59,242 bases of DNA from Candidatus Binataceae bacterium (GCA_050736715.1 JBOHWK010000111.1:1-59242); one strand, 5' to 3'; positions 8,760-19,138 are shown, counted from the stretch's first letter. Numbers and translations are program-made. The notes: a model not told the origin generated them from the sequence alone.

Positions 8760-10009
8760 AACGCCATTCCCATCGAATCGAGGAACGCGCCGTCGCCGTG
8801 CCGCCAATCGAGCGGCGGCGATTGCATCGCGCCCGCCGCGCATACATGCGAGGCGCCGAGCGCGCGCGCAATCGCGGCGATTTCGGCGCACTCCGGCCCG
8901 TTCCCGACGATCGCGAACGCTTCGAGGCGGCCGGCAACCGGCGCCAGCCGTTCGCGCAGTTCGGAAAGATCCCGCACAGCACTGACATATACGGTCCGAA
9001 AGCCGGGCGACACCGTGAATTGCGCCGCCGGATCGGAAATTACCGTCCAGTCGAGGCGCGGCCCTTCCCACAGCTTAATCGGCTCTCCGCCGATCCCGCG
9101 CCATCGCGCCACCTCGCGGGCATGGCGAATCGCGGCGGCATCTTCCAGCGCGAGCGCGGCCGGCGGCGGCATCGAGCGGGTGAGCCGATCGAACGCTGCG
9201 GCGATGCGCGACGCGAAATCGAGTGCCGCGCCGGAATCGCCGCCAACTACGAACACCTGATGCGGCGACAGGCAGCCCAACTGCTCGAACAGCGCCGCAT
9301 CGCGCGCGGACGATCCGGCAATCTCGTCGAGCGCGGCGGAATCGAGCTCATCCGCGACAACCGCGGCGGCGCTCACGCGGCTGGGAAATCCGATTAGCCG
9401 GGGCGCGCCGGCAAGCGCGGCAATCGTGGCATCGCCGCCATACGCAACGATCGCATCGCATGAGGAGATTAGCGCGCCGGTCAAATCGGTCCGGGACCGG
9501 TTCCAGTTGAGCACGGCGATGCGCTCGCCCACGGCGGGATCGCACTCGGCAATCGTGCGCGCAAATTCAGCGAAGAAGACCGGCTCCGCCGACGCGGTCT
9601 TGATTGCCGCCGCCGCACCCGCGATTAGCGCAATCGCGATTTCATGGAGACCCGCGCCGGCGACGTTCCCCGCCACGATGAATCCGATCGCGTTGGGACG
9701 CGCGGTATCGCCGGCGGGCGCAACTCGCGCCGCCATCGCGAGGAGCGCGTCGCGCGTAAACGGCGCGAGCAGCGCATCGATCGAGGCGTCAAGCAATGCC
9801 GGCGAAAAGCCCGTCCGCCGCGCGATTTGCGCGATCGCGGCGCGCCGGGCCGGAAAGCCGCCCTCGCGCCATCGCTCGAATGCGCGCGCCAGCGCCTCGG
9901 CGCGCCGTTCGGGCGTTGAATTTTCGGTTCGCGCGGCGCGCACGCGGGCGGCAATTGCGGCGACCGCGGCAGCCGATAGTTCGAGAAATTTTCCCGCCGC
10001 GGCATTCAT
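8756..10009 (-). CDS. LuxC-family acyl-CoA/acyl-protein reductase (ALDH-like)
   Basis: Length and layout of PF05893-type proteins. Candidate catalytic Cys in FEQLGCLSPHQVFVV. It is 7 bp downstream of the LuxE-like gene. Confidence 0.7.
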   Translation of the reverse strand: MNAAAGKFLELSAAAVAAIAARVRAARTENSTPERRAEALARAFERWREGGFPARRAAIAQIARRTGFSPALLDASIDALLAPFTRDALLAMAARVAPAGDTARPNAIGFIVAGNVAGAGLHEIAIALIAGAAAAIKTASAEPVFFAEFARTIAECDPAVGERIAVLNWNRSRTDLTGALISSCDAIVAYGGDATIAALAGAPRLIGFPSRVSAAAVVADELDSAALDEIAGSSARDAALFEQLGCLSPHQVFVVGGDSGAALDFASRIAAAFDRLTRSMPPPAALALEDAAAIRHAREVARWRGIGGEPIKLWEGPRLDWTVISDPAAQFTVSPGFRTVYVSAVRDLSELRERLAPVAGRLEAFAIVGNGPECAEIAAIARALGASHVCAAGAMQSPPLDWRHGDGAFLDSMGMAL

Positions 10010-10016
10010 GCGATCG

Positions 10017-11162
10017 TCATTCGCCCGCGGCCGCGAATTGCGCGATTCCGAGCGCGCATCCGCGCGGCGGTCCCGCCGCGGCGCGTCCGAGCAGGCGGAC
10101 TCGGTCCCGATCGGCGACGCCGTAATCTTCGGTCAGCACCGCGGACACCGAGCCAACATTGGCCAGATCGAAGAACGAGAGCAGCCCGAGTTCGCCGTCC
10201 GGCAGGGGTTCGAGGCCGGCCGGATCGCGCACGATCGCGCGCATCCATGGCGGCGCGACCTTGAAGCGATCGTCCTCGCGCGGCGCGCCGGGGGTGTTGA
10301 ACGGGGTTGCGTCGTAGAGTTGCGAGCACAGTTCCGTCATCCCATATTCGTTGATGACCATTTCCGGCGCGACGTTAAGGATTTCCTTCGCGCCGCGCAG
10401 CAATTCCAATCTGGTCATCGGCGCCGCCTGACCCTTCGCGCCGCCGGTGTCCATGATTCGCGAGCCTGACGCGAGCGGAATTTTTTCGCCGCGCTCGCGC
10501 AAATAATCGAACAGCGCGCGAATCGCGGCGGTCGTGCCGAGAATGCCGGCCGGTTCGCCGCGCGCCGCCGTCCCGGCCAGAAATCGCGCCGCCGCCGCCG
10601 TATCGACGCCTGCGCGCGTCGCGGCCGCGCAGACCGCGCCGCTCCCGAATTCCTCTATCGCCCAGCCAATCATTGCCGCCAGTGACGATTCCGGCATCGC
10701 ATCGCCCGCCGGATGCAACGCCAGCATCGCGCTCCTCCGGGCATCGGGATAAAGCATTGAGCGCAGGTGCATTATCGCCGATGCACGGTAAATTTCCGGA
10801 TGCGGGACGACGTGGCGGCCACGCCGATCCTTCCCCCGCGTCGTGCCGCTGGTGAGAAAACTCAATTTCGCGGCGGCGCCGCCGTCACCGCCTGAAAGAT
10901 CGGCGAACTTGAACGCGGCCGCCGCAACCGCCGGAATCTCAGCGACGCTGGGTATGCCATCCGCGCCGATTCCGCGCTCGAGGCAAAAGCGGCGATAAGC
11001 CGGGACGGCATCGAATTGATGCCGAAAGACCGCGAGCGCGAGTCCCTCGAATGAATCCGGCCGCGGGTTGTGGATAAAGGAAAGAACCTGCTCGTAGATG
11101 GCCATCGGCGGGGGCGCATGGCGCCCGACGCCAACGATGATGGCATCGCGGGCAGCTTCCAT
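10017..11162 (-). CDS. LuxE-family acyl-protein synthetase (adenylate-forming)
   Basis: By recall, aligns block-by-block with Vibrio LuxE: IPAVAAAAFKFADL / FLTSGTTRGKDRRGRH / MDTGGAKG / PPWMRAIVRDPAGLEPLPDGELGLLSFFD / RGCAL. Confidence 0.8.
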   Translation of the reverse strand: MEAARDAIIVGVGRHAPPPMAIYEQVLSFIHNPRPDSFEGLALAVFRHQFDAVPAYRRFCLERGIGADGIPSVAEIPAVAAAAFKFADLSGGDGGAAAKLSFLTSGTTRGKDRRGRHVVPHPEIYRASAIMHLRSMLYPDARRSAMLALHPAGDAMPESSLAAMIGWAIEEFGSGAVCAAATRAGVDTAAAARFLAGTAARGEPAGILGTTAAIRALFDYLRERGEKIPLASGSRIMDTGGAKGQAAPMTRLELLRGAKEILNVAPEMVINEYGMTELCSQLYDATPFNTPGAPREDDRFKVAPPWMRAIVRDPAGLEPLPDGELGLLSFFDLANVGSVSAVLTEDYGVADRDRVRLLGRAAAGPPRGCALGIAQFAAAGE

Positions 11163-11410
11163 TCAATGCCGCCGGATGCCGCGCATCGCCATGCGGGGAG
11201 ATTTACCGGCATTTACGCGGACTTGGAATTATCATAGGCTTAGTGAGACGGTTGGGAGACCGCGACGGCAAGCGAGCCGATAGCGGGGCCACAGCGTCGC
11301 CCAATGGAGAAACGGCGATGAGCGGGCGGTGTGGGTTGTAACCGCTTTGCGTCGCGGTCGTATATCTGCTAGTTAGTTCAACCATTGATCGGTGCTAGGG
11401 GCGTGGCCAG

Positions 11411-11824
11411 ATGAAAAAATTCGTAGCGGGTGTGATGATGGGGTTCATGGCGAGTTGCGCGCTTGCATTCGCAACGGCGGAGACGAGCCACAACGGCAAC
11501 TTCTGGGTCCGCCTGAATCATTCCGCCAAGGACGGTTACGTGATCGGCTATGCCGACGCGATGCGGGTGAGCGTAACCAAGCTTGAGTACTTGAACGGCG
11601 CAGCCGATCTCTTCCACTGGAAAGGCGCGCGCAAGATCGTCCATGAACTGGCCAAACAATTGTCGATGAACGAGCTCACTCCCCAGCGGGCCGTCAAGCA
11701 ACTCAATCAATTGTACTCGAACGACAAGTACAGCGAGTTGGACGTCGGCCAGGCCATTCAGGCACTGGCGATGCGCGCGCGCGAGACGGCGATTCCCGAA
11801 ACGCCCGCCAAAACCTCCAAGTAA
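11411..11824 (+). CDS. Small secreted hypothetical protein
   Basis: ATG start, signal peptide MKKFVAGVMMGFMASCALAFA, visibly lower GC than its flanks, own terminator downstream. Confidence 0.6.
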   Translation: MKKFVAGVMMGFMASCALAFATAETSHNGNFWVRLNHSAKDGYVIGYADAMRVSVTKLEYLNGAADLFHWKGARKIVHELAKQLSMNELTPQRAVKQLNQLYSNDKYSELDVGQAIQALAMRARETAIPETPAKTSK

Positions 11825-11839
11825 CTCCGAACCGAATTG

Positions 11840-11880
11840 CGGCGGCGGTCCTCCTCAGCGGGAGCGCCGCCGTTTTTTTT
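11840..11880 (+). terminator. Rho-independent terminator
   Basis: CGGCGGCG...CGCCGCCG stem (11840-11872) followed by T8 (11873-11880). Confidence 0.85.
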
Positions 11881-11968
11881 CGCGGCGAACGCCGAGCGGA
11901 TGCCGCTCGCGCCGAATGCGCTTGAAAGCGCGCGGCCGCCGACTTAGCTTAATTCGCGGAGCCGATTC

Positions 11969-12877
11969 GTGGACGCCCCCCCATCTTTGCTCGCCAAAAC
12001 CACCCGCGCGATCGTGGGCGTGCATTCGAGCATCCCGCCGGAGCACGTGTCGGTCGCGATCGGCTTGGGCACGGATCGGCGCGGCACCGGCACGATCGTC
12101 AGCCCCGACGGTTTGATCCTGACCGCGCACTACCTCCTGTTAGGCGCGCAACAGGCGATCGTGACGCTGCCGGGCGGCGAACAAACGGAGGCGAAGATTG
12201 TGGGCCGGGATTACGGCACCGGACTGGGCTTGCTCAAGATCGCCGGGGCGCGGTTGCCGTGCGTCGAGGTAATCGCGTCGGACCGCTGCGCCACCGGACA
12301 GGAGGTGTTCACCGTCTCGTCGCTCGGCGGGGAGAAGCGCTGCGCCGATTGCGGCGTGATCACCTACCTGGGTGCGTTCGACGCGGTGTGGGAGTTCGTG
12401 CTGGAGCGATGCGTCTGCGTGACGGCGCCCTCGCTCGGCATCGGTCTCAGCGGCGGTCCGATTTGCGACACGCAGGGACGCGCGATCGGCGTCGCGTACC
12501 TGAACTTCGCCGACTTGGGCCGCGCGATCCTAGGCATTCCGGGAGAATGCTTCCTCGCCGCGCGCGACGAATTGATCGAGCACGGGCGGCGCGTGAGCGC
12601 CCCGCCGCGCGCATGGCTGGGCGTGCTGTCCTACACGATGCACGAGCACGTGGTGATCGCGGGCGTGATGCCGGGGACGCCGGGCGAGAAGGCCGGATTG
12701 CAGCAGGGCGATCTGGTGCTGGAGCTCGACGGCTGCGAGGTGAGCGAGCGGCGCGCGCTCTACGACGCGGTGCGCAAGCATCGCCCCGGCGACGCGATCG
12801 CGCTCAAGCTCCTGCGCAACAACCGCGCGGTCGATCTCGTGGCCGCGGCCGGCCGCGCGGAGGATTACTTCGCGTAA
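11969..12877 (+). CDS. Trypsin-like (S1C/HtrA-type) serine protease with C-terminal PDZ domain; no obvious signal peptide
   Basis: His motif GLILTAHYLL, Ser motif GLSGGPICD, PDZ segment GVMPGTPGEKAGLQQGDLVLELDG. GTG start. Confidence 0.75.
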   Translation: MDAPPSLLAKTTRAIVGVHSSIPPEHVSVAIGLGTDRRGTGTIVSPDGLILTAHYLLLGAQQAIVTLPGGEQTEAKIVGRDYGTGLGLLKIAGARLPCVEVIASDRCATGQEVFTVSSLGGEKRCADCGVITYLGAFDAVWEFVLERCVCVTAPSLGIGLSGGPICDTQGRAIGVAYLNFADLGRAILGIPGECFLAARDELIEHGRRVSAPPRAWLGVLSYTMHEHVVIAGVMPGTPGEKAGLQQGDLVLELDGCEVSERRALYDAVRKHRPGDAIALKLLRNNRAVDLVAAAGRAEDYFA

Positions 12878-13336
12878 GGGCGCGACGGTTGGGATGAATC
12901 GGGGAAGAATAGCGCCTCCGCAGCCTGACAGCCATCCCGCAATAGCTCCCGGAGCCGTCGTGCCGGTTCACGATTTCATTGCGATGTTCCGAGCAAGCGA
13001 GCGCCAAATCGGGCCGGCAGCCGGCTCCGAACCGGTCGAACGGCAACGCCATTTTTTCACCGCGGCCGGTTTGCCATTTCGGCTTGCGCCAGGAGCGGCG
13101 GGAGCGGTCACAATCCGGATTGCCTGGCCGCCTGCATACCATCGGGCAGCGCTATTTTCCGGAAAAGCCGGCTTTCGGATGCCAAACATGCCGGCCGCGC
13201 GGCGAAAGGCCGGGCCGGCCGGGTACGGTGGGAGAGGCGAACCGGCGGTTCGCGGTGACCGCAATGCTCTCCGTGGAGGAAAAACTATGGTGCGCCGGAT
13301 TACATCGCGGCCCCGGCTTTGCTATCTTGGTTCGCC

Positions 13337-14245
13337 ATGCTGGAATTCAATCGAAACTCGCTTGCGAACCGGTTCGGGAAATTGAAGGCGATCGCGCTGG
13401 CCGCATTCACGGCCGCAGTCATTGCGGCGCCGCGCGCAATGGCGGCGGCGGGACCGGCTTCGCTTCCCAATGCCGGCACCGCCGCGGGCAATCCGCCCGC
13501 AGCCACCCGCAACGTGGCCGGTATCGTCACCCACAGCGGCGGGCATGTTGTCCAAATCGGAACCGCGTTTTTTGTCGCGGTGCCGAGCGAGGCGGTGCCG
13601 GGCAGTTCATTCATTTACTTGGTGACGGCCCATCACAACCTCCTCGACGATGAGGGACAGCCGCGCACAGGCCTGTTCCTTACGCTTGAGGATGCGAAAA
13701 CGGGAGCGATGCGCGAGCAGGCGTTGCCGCCCGAAACGCAATGGGTGCTCGATCCGAAAGACACCAAGGCGGATGTGGCGGCCATACCACTGCGAACTTC
13801 CGGCGCAAGCATTGCGCCGATTCCTTTAAGCTCGCTGCTCGGCGCCGACGACCCCTACGCCCACCCCGAAACCGGCGCTCAGGTCTATTATTTGACCGCC
13901 GCCACAGTGGATGCGGTGAATCCGCGCTTTGAGGCGCTGGCACGGTTCGGCCATGTGTCGGTTCCGGGGCCGGCGCGGACGGAGGTGACGGGAGCGGGCT
14001 TGCAGGAATTGGCCCTGCTCGACGGTGGCGGTACGCCGGGATTTTCCAGCGGCGCGCCGGTGTTCGCGAGCCTCGGCTTGCATTTCGCCCTGTGGGGCAT
14101 TTTGGAAGCCAACACGTCGCTCACGCATGACCCGGTATTTGCGGGTTTGGCGGGAATCCTGCCCGCCCGGTATATTGACGAGACGGTCAAGGCGATGGCT
14201 GCGGTGCAGGACAAGGCACTGCGGGCGCGCAAGCATGGCGGTTGA
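13337..14245 (+). CDS. Secreted trypsin-like serine peptidase (divergent)
   Basis: Signal-like LKAIALAAFTAAVIAAPRAMA. YLVTAHHNL (His). GTPGFSSGAPVF (Ser). The ORF opens at TTG 13319; ATG 13337 is preferred. Confidence 0.6.
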   Translation: MLEFNRNSLANRFGKLKAIALAAFTAAVIAAPRAMAAAGPASLPNAGTAAGNPPAATRNVAGIVTHSGGHVVQIGTAFFVAVPSEAVPGSSFIYLVTAHHNLLDDEGQPRTGLFLTLEDAKTGAMREQALPPETQWVLDPKDTKADVAAIPLRTSGASIAPIPLSSLLGADDPYAHPETGAQVYYLTAATVDAVNPRFEALARFGHVSVPGPARTEVTGAGLQELALLDGGGTPGFSSGAPVFASLGLHFALWGILEANTSLTHDPVFAGLAGILPARYIDETVKAMAAVQDKALRARKHGG

Positions 14246-14337
14246 TCGGGAGCGCGGGAATCCGGCTATAATCGCGGCGTTGTTGGCGCGGGCCGGACCC
14301 GCCGTGAATCCACATCCCTCCGGCGCGCCTAAATTGT

Positions 14338-14413
14338 TCCCCGGTAGCTCAGTCGGTAGAGCAGACGGCTGTTAACCGTCGGGTCGCTGGTTCGAATCCG
14401 GCCCGGGGAGCCA
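14338..14413 (+). tRNA. tRNA-Asn (anticodon GTT), CCA encoded
   Basis: Acceptor TCCCCGG/CCGGGGA. D-arm GCTC-AGTCGGTA-GAGC. Anticodon stem GACGG/CCGTC with loop CTGTTAA. T-arm GCTGG-TTCGAAT-CCGGC. Then G-CCA. Confidence 0.95.
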
Positions 14414-14580
14414 TTCTCACCACCTCGCCTTATCGCTTTGGAAACGGACCGCCGCAAACCGGCGAATACGGCCCAGCCGGTTCACGGCCCCTTGGGAGGA
14501 CAAGAATCCAATTGGATGGTGAAACTTCCCGTTAGGGGCGATCCGCGCGGGACGGCGTCAATCCCCGCCACGTCTCAGCG

Positions 14581-15522
14581 TCACTCTGCGCCCTTCATTA
14601 CCTTGATCACTCCGATTAGCGCCGGCCCAATAATCACCGATATCATCGCTGGCAAGACAAAGACCACCAGCGGGATCATCATTTTGACCGACGCCTTCTG
14701 TGCGTCTTCTTCCGCGCGCAAACGCCGCCGCATCCGCAACGCATCGGAACTGGAGCGCAATGCCGGGCCGATCTGAGAGCCGAGTTGCTCGCTCTGGACC
14801 AGGGTGGCGGCAAGCGGTTTAATGTCTTCGACGGCGGTCCGATCCGCAAGCGCGCGCACCGCCTGGCCGAGGGTCGCACCTGACGAGATGTCGGCCGAAA
14901 CCAAGCCGAGTTCGGTGCCGATAACCTGTCCTTGCCGCTCGCATTCCGTGCCGACAATTCTGATTGCTTCATACAATCCCAAGCCGGCTTCGACGCACAC
15001 CACCAACAAGTCAAGAACGTCAGAGAGCTGGCTCGATATTTTTTGCTGCCGGGCGCGGGCACGGCGCGCAAGCACGAGTTGCGGGAGTAGGTATCCGAGT
15101 ACCGCTCCCGCCAGAGCGAACAGGAGCGGCTGGCTGGTATTCGAATGCATAACCAAGCCCACTGCCAACCCTGCCACTCCGAACACGATGGTTAACCCAA
15201 AGCGAATAACCTGAAAGGTGACCGCCGAGCTTGATTTCAGATAGCCTGCCTCTGCCAGCGTCTGGGATAGCTTTTCGCCCTCCGGAGTCCCGGCTTTGGG
15301 CGCGGGAACCCGCTTGGCGGCCCATTTGAATACCGTATTCATCAAGTTTTCGTCAACGACGACGCCGCCTTCGAACGCCCCCTGCGAAGCGCGCACCTTG
15401 ACCGCCAAATCGGCAAACCGTTCGTCGACCGTCTGATTGTTACGGGAGAAGGCCATAACCAGGGCCACGATAGCGGCACCGATCAGACAGAACACCGACC
15501 CTGAAAGCATGACCAGGCTCAT
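14581..15522 (-). CDS. tadC: Tad pilus inner-membrane platform protein TadC (T2SS-F family)
   Basis: T2SSF-type repeat with terminal TM helices. Last gene of the tad operon. Confidence 0.85.
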   Translation of the reverse strand: MSLVMLSGSVFCLIGAAIVALVMAFSRNNQTVDERFADLAVKVRASQGAFEGGVVVDENLMNTVFKWAAKRVPAPKAGTPEGEKLSQTLAEAGYLKSSSAVTFQVIRFGLTIVFGVAGLAVGLVMHSNTSQPLLFALAGAVLGYLLPQLVLARRARARQQKISSQLSDVLDLLVVCVEAGLGLYEAIRIVGTECERQGQVIGTELGLVSADISSGATLGQAVRALADRTAVEDIKPLAATLVQSEQLGSQIGPALRSSSDALRMRRRLRAEEDAQKASVKMMIPLVVFVLPAMISVIIGPALIGVIKVMKGAE

Positions 15523-15523
15523 A

Positions 15524-16486
15524 TCAATAATTCACCCTCACCAATCGACGAATAGTGAACAGCGCCAAAGCATCCGCCCCGATGGCAAACTTTAGAATCT
15601 TCTGCCCCGTCGGATCGTAGAACAGCTTATCAGTGTAGCCCGGCTGAATAAGGCTGAATGCGATGAGAACAAAGACCGGCAGGAGGCCGACAATCATGCC
15701 GCCAAACCGCGCTTGTGCGGTCAATGCGCTGATCTGAAGACGCAGGCGCTGGCGGACGCGCACGATTTCGGACAGGCGGCCAATCATCATGGCCAAACTA
15801 GACCCCACATCGGATTGCACCTTGACCGCGATCACGAACAGCCGCAAGTCATCCAGCGGCACCCGCTTGATCAGGTCTTCCATCGCGCGCGCCAGCGGCA
15901 ATCCGATCCGATTCTGTTCGAGTACCGTGCGAAACTCGGCGCCCAGCGGCTCGCCGAATTCGCCGACGACGACTTGTAAAGCGCGTTGGAGAGAATGGCC
16001 CGCCTCCAGCGAGGACTTCATCATGTCGAGCGCAAACGGCATCTGCTCGGCAAACGCTCTGAGCCGCCGTCCCTTGCGGAAGCGGATATAAAGCACGGGG
16101 ATTGCGCCCAAAGCCGCGCCGACCAGAAGCGAAAACGGAGTGCTGTGGAAGGCAATCCGGCCACCGAACATTCCCGCTCCAAACAGCAAAATCATCATGA
16201 GCAGAACGTCGCCGACGCGAGAATACATCCCCGCCTGCCACATCATCTGCTCCAGATTGCGCATCAGGTTGACTCGATAAACGAAGCTGAGGAGCCGCCC
16301 CTCTTCACGCTTGCGTTTTCGAGTGATGTCAACATCGATGTCATCCCCCTGGGTGGGACGGGTCATTCGCCGCACCACGTCGCGCATTTGGTCCGATTGG
16401 CCGCCTGCGCTCATGAGGATAATCGTAAACAGCAGAAATACCGCCAGAAAAACGCCGATTGGGATCAATAACGTCATAAGCGTCAC
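15524..16486 (-). CDS. tadB: Tad pilus inner-membrane platform protein TadB (T2SS-F family)
   Basis: T2SSF domain (LPFALDMMKSSLEAGHSLQRAL). Overlaps the cpaF stop by 4 bp. Confidence 0.85.
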   Translation of the reverse strand: MTLMTLLIPIGVFLAVFLLFTIILMSAGGQSDQMRDVVRRMTRPTQGDDIDVDITRKRKREEGRLLSFVYRVNLMRNLEQMMWQAGMYSRVGDVLLMMILLFGAGMFGGRIAFHSTPFSLLVGAALGAIPVLYIRFRKGRRLRAFAEQMPFALDMMKSSLEAGHSLQRALQVVVGEFGEPLGAEFRTVLEQNRIGLPLARAMEDLIKRVPLDDLRLFVIAVKVQSDVGSSLAMMIGRLSEIVRVRQRLRLQISALTAQARFGGMIVGLLPVFVLIAFSLIQPGYTDKLFYDPTGQKILKFAIGADALALFTIRRLVRVNY

Positions 16487-17859
16487 CCGTTCATATTGCG
16501 AAACAGCTTCGCATCGAGCCGCAAGCCGGCAGCCTCCAGGCGCTGCGAATAAGTCGAGCGGATTCCCGTGGCAAGGAACTGGCCCTGCACTTCGCCGCCC
16601 GGCCCGATCCCGGTGCGTTTGAACTCGAACAAATCCTGAATCATCACCATGTCGCCTTCCATTCCGCTAATCTCCGAAATCTTCATTATTTTGCGGGTGC
16701 CGTCGGAGAGGCGCGAGGCGTGGACGATGATGTTGATTGCCGAGGCTATCTGCTGGCGCATCGCGCGCTGCGGGATGTTAATGCCCGACAGCAGCATCAT
16801 CATCTCCAAGCGACCGACACAATCGCGCGGCGTGTTGGCGTGAATGGTGGTGATGGAGCCGTCGTGGCCGGTGGACATGGCCTGCAACATATCGAGCACT
16901 TCGGCGCTGCGGACCTCGCCGACCACAATTCGATCGGGACGCATACGAAGGCAGTTTTTGACCAATTCGCGCTGAGTAATCTCTCCCTTGCCTTCAATAT
17001 TGGCAGGCCGGGTCTCCAACCTGACCACATGGGGCTGCTGGAGGGAAAGTTCGGCCGAGTCCTCGATCGTCACCACCCGTTCCTCAGCCGGAATGAACGA
17101 CGAGAGGCAATTGAGGAGCGTGGTCTTTCCAGAGCCGGTTCCGCCGCAGACGATGATGTTGAGCCGGGCTTTCACGATGGCCTGCAGGAACTCGACCATT
17201 TCCGGCACGATACTTTTCTTTTCGATCAAGTCCTCGACATTGTAACGTTTGCGGCCGAACCGCCGAATTGAGAGGGCGGGGCCGTCAAGCGCGAGGGGAG
17301 GGATAATCGCGTTAATACGGGAACCGTCGGGCAGGCGCGCGTCAACCATCGGCGAGGATTCGTCAACTCGCCGGCCCACTTGCGACACGATGCGATCGAT
17401 GACCAGCATCAAATGCTGATCGTCCTGAAACCGGACATCGGTGGCATGAAGTTTGCCGCGCTTTTCGACGTACACTTGGTTGTGGCCGTTGACGAGAATA
17501 TCGGTTATCTCGTCGTCCCAGAGGAGCGGTTCCAGCGGCCCCAAGCCGAGCAATTCGTTTTTGATTTCCTCAATCAGCCGGTTCTTGTCGGCATCGGTGA
17601 GCAGGCGGGCTTCCTCGTTCAGGATACCGGTGATCGCCTCGGTGACCTTTTGCGACGCGAGCGCCGGCTCCAAACTCTCCAAGCGCGAGACGTCGAGCGA
17701 TTCGAACAGGCTGTTATGCACTTTGAGTTTGAGTTGCTGGAAGCCTTCGGCCTGGACGTCCTTCGACCGCTTCTGCGGGCCGCCAACCAGCGATCGTTGC
17801 TGAAAGGCCGCCGCTGGAGTGCTGTTCTGTTGCTGGGAAATTCGTTCGACGAGCTTCAT
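16483..17859 (-). CDS. cpaF: Tad pilus secretion ATPase CpaF/TadA
   Basis: Walker [13 protein letters not shown], Asp/His boxes ([23 protein letters not shown]). Confidence 0.95.
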   Translation of the reverse strand: MKLVERISQQQNSTPAAAFQQRSLVGGPQKRSKDVQAEGFQQLKLKVHNSLFESLDVSRLESLEPALASQKVTEAITGILNEEARLLTDADKNRLIEEIKNELLGLGPLEPLLWDDEITDILVNGHNQVYVEKRGKLHATDVRFQDDQHLMLVIDRIVSQVGRRVDESSPMVDARLPDGSRINAIIPPLALDGPALSIRRFGRKRYNVEDLIEKKSIVPEMVEFLQAIVKARLNIIVCGGTGSGKTTLLNCLSSFIPAEERVVTIEDSAELSLQQPHVVRLETRPANIEGKGEITQRELVKNCLRMRPDRIVVGEVRSAEVLDMLQAMSTGHDGSITTIHANTPRDCVGRLEMMMLLSGINIPQRAMRQQIASAINIIVHASRLSDGTRKIMKISEISGMEGDMVMIQDLFEFKRTGIGPGGEVQGQFLATGIRSTYSQRLEAAGLRLDAKLFRNMNG

Positions 17860-17867
17860 CGATCACC

Positions 17868-19100
17868 TCATGCGCGCGCGCCAATCGCGAGCAACAGGCG
17901 CGAAACCAAGGAATTTCCGCCTTCCTCCGCGGCCACGGCGGTGCCCATCTCCAAGCGCCGCGCAACATCCTCCACCGTTTTAGCCAGCGGTGAATTAGGC
18001 GCCACCTGCCAGAGGTCTTGGGCGCTCAGTTCGACCCGTTCGAGCACTTTGTCGTCGCGGGGAATCTTGGCGAAGATCGGCTTGGCCAGAGTATGGCTCA
18101 ACTGCTCCTCGCTGATCGGATGCCCGGCAATATACTTGCCCAGAATGAAATTCGGCTCGACTGAGGTCAGTCCCAGCCGCCCCATCAAATCGACGAATCG
18201 CCATGCGCAACGGGCGGCTCCGATCGACTGATCCAGCACATAGAATAGATGCGCCGAGCGCTCCCAAGCCGCCACCGTGTTGGCATCGATATGTGTGCCG
18301 CAATCGACAACCACAAAGTCAAACAACTGGCGCATAATATCCAATACCGAGCCGACGATCGCATCGGTGACCAACTCGCTGTCTTCTATCCGCTGGGGCG
18401 CGGCAAGCATCCAGATTCCCGACGCGTGCTTGATCAGCGCGGACTCCAAGACGATCGAATCGAGCTTGCGGCCGCTCTCGGTCAGCGCCATGACGGTTCG
18501 TTCCGGCTCCAAGTTCAGGAATGCCGCCATCCCTCCGGTTTGCAGATCGAGATCGAACACCGCGACTTTCTTGTTGAGAGTATAATGCAATGCGAGGGCC
18601 AGGTTGCCTGCCAAGCTGGTCACCCCGCTGCCGCCGATCAGGCTGACCAGCGAAACTATCATGCCGTTTCCGCCGCCGATATCCTCGCGCTGGCGCACCT
18701 CGCTGATCTTTAACAGCGCTTTGATCGCTTCGCCGGGGTCGATCGGCAGGAAGAGCAATTCGTCGGCGCCCGCGCGCAACACCCGCTTCATCAGTTCCGG
18801 CGATCGATCCTGCAGCAGCGCGAACAACTTCGGGTGCGGCTCCGCCGCCGCCTGCTGCTGCAGATAACTCAACGCACGCTCGTCATCGCCCCCGAACATC
18901 ACCATCGTCATGTCAGTGGAGGGATCGGGCGCGGTCCCGCCGTTGGGATCGGATTCGAAGATGTCGAGGGCGGGATCCCCCAGCGCAGCCAAGGCAACCC
19001 GCACTTCCGCACGAGCCTCTTCCTCTTCCCCGATCAAATGGACCCGGAGTGCGCCCCGCCGCGCGTTAGACTGTCTTCCCAGCACTGACACTCGAAACAA
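17868..19100 (-). CDS. cpaE: CpaE/TadZ-type pilus localisation protein (receiver-like N-domain + deviant MinD/ParA ATPase)
   Basis: SLIGGSGVTSLAGNLALAL (atypical Walker A lacking Lys) and its position between the secretin and the ATPase. Confidence 0.8.
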   Translation of the reverse strand: MFRVSVLGRQSNARRGALRVHLIGEEEEARAEVRVALAALGDPALDIFESDPNGGTAPDPSTDMTMVMFGGDDERALSYLQQQAAAEPHPKLFALLQDRSPELMKRVLRAGADELLFLPIDPGEAIKALLKISEVRQREDIGGGNGMIVSLVSLIGGSGVTSLAGNLALALHYTLNKKVAVFDLDLQTGGMAAFLNLEPERTVMALTESGRKLDSIVLESALIKHASGIWMLAAPQRIEDSELVTDAIVGSVLDIMRQLFDFVVVDCGTHIDANTVAAWERSAHLFYVLDQSIGAARCAWRFVDLMGRLGLTSVEPNFILGKYIAGHPISEEQLSHTLAKPIFAKIPRDDKVLERVELSAQDLWQVAPNSPLAKTVEDVARRLEMGTAVAAEEGGNSLVSRLLLAIGARA

Positions 19101-19138
19101 TCCTCCAAACTAACCCTGGATCGTTAATCCAATATCCC

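Noticed and set aside
13287-13385. 32-codon uORF (MVRRITSRPRLCYLGS...) with a strong GGAGGA SD, overlapping the start of the secreted protease gene.
   Set aside because: It may be a chance ORF. There is no conservation evidence and the peptide has no features. Noted only because the protease gene itself lacks a good SD.
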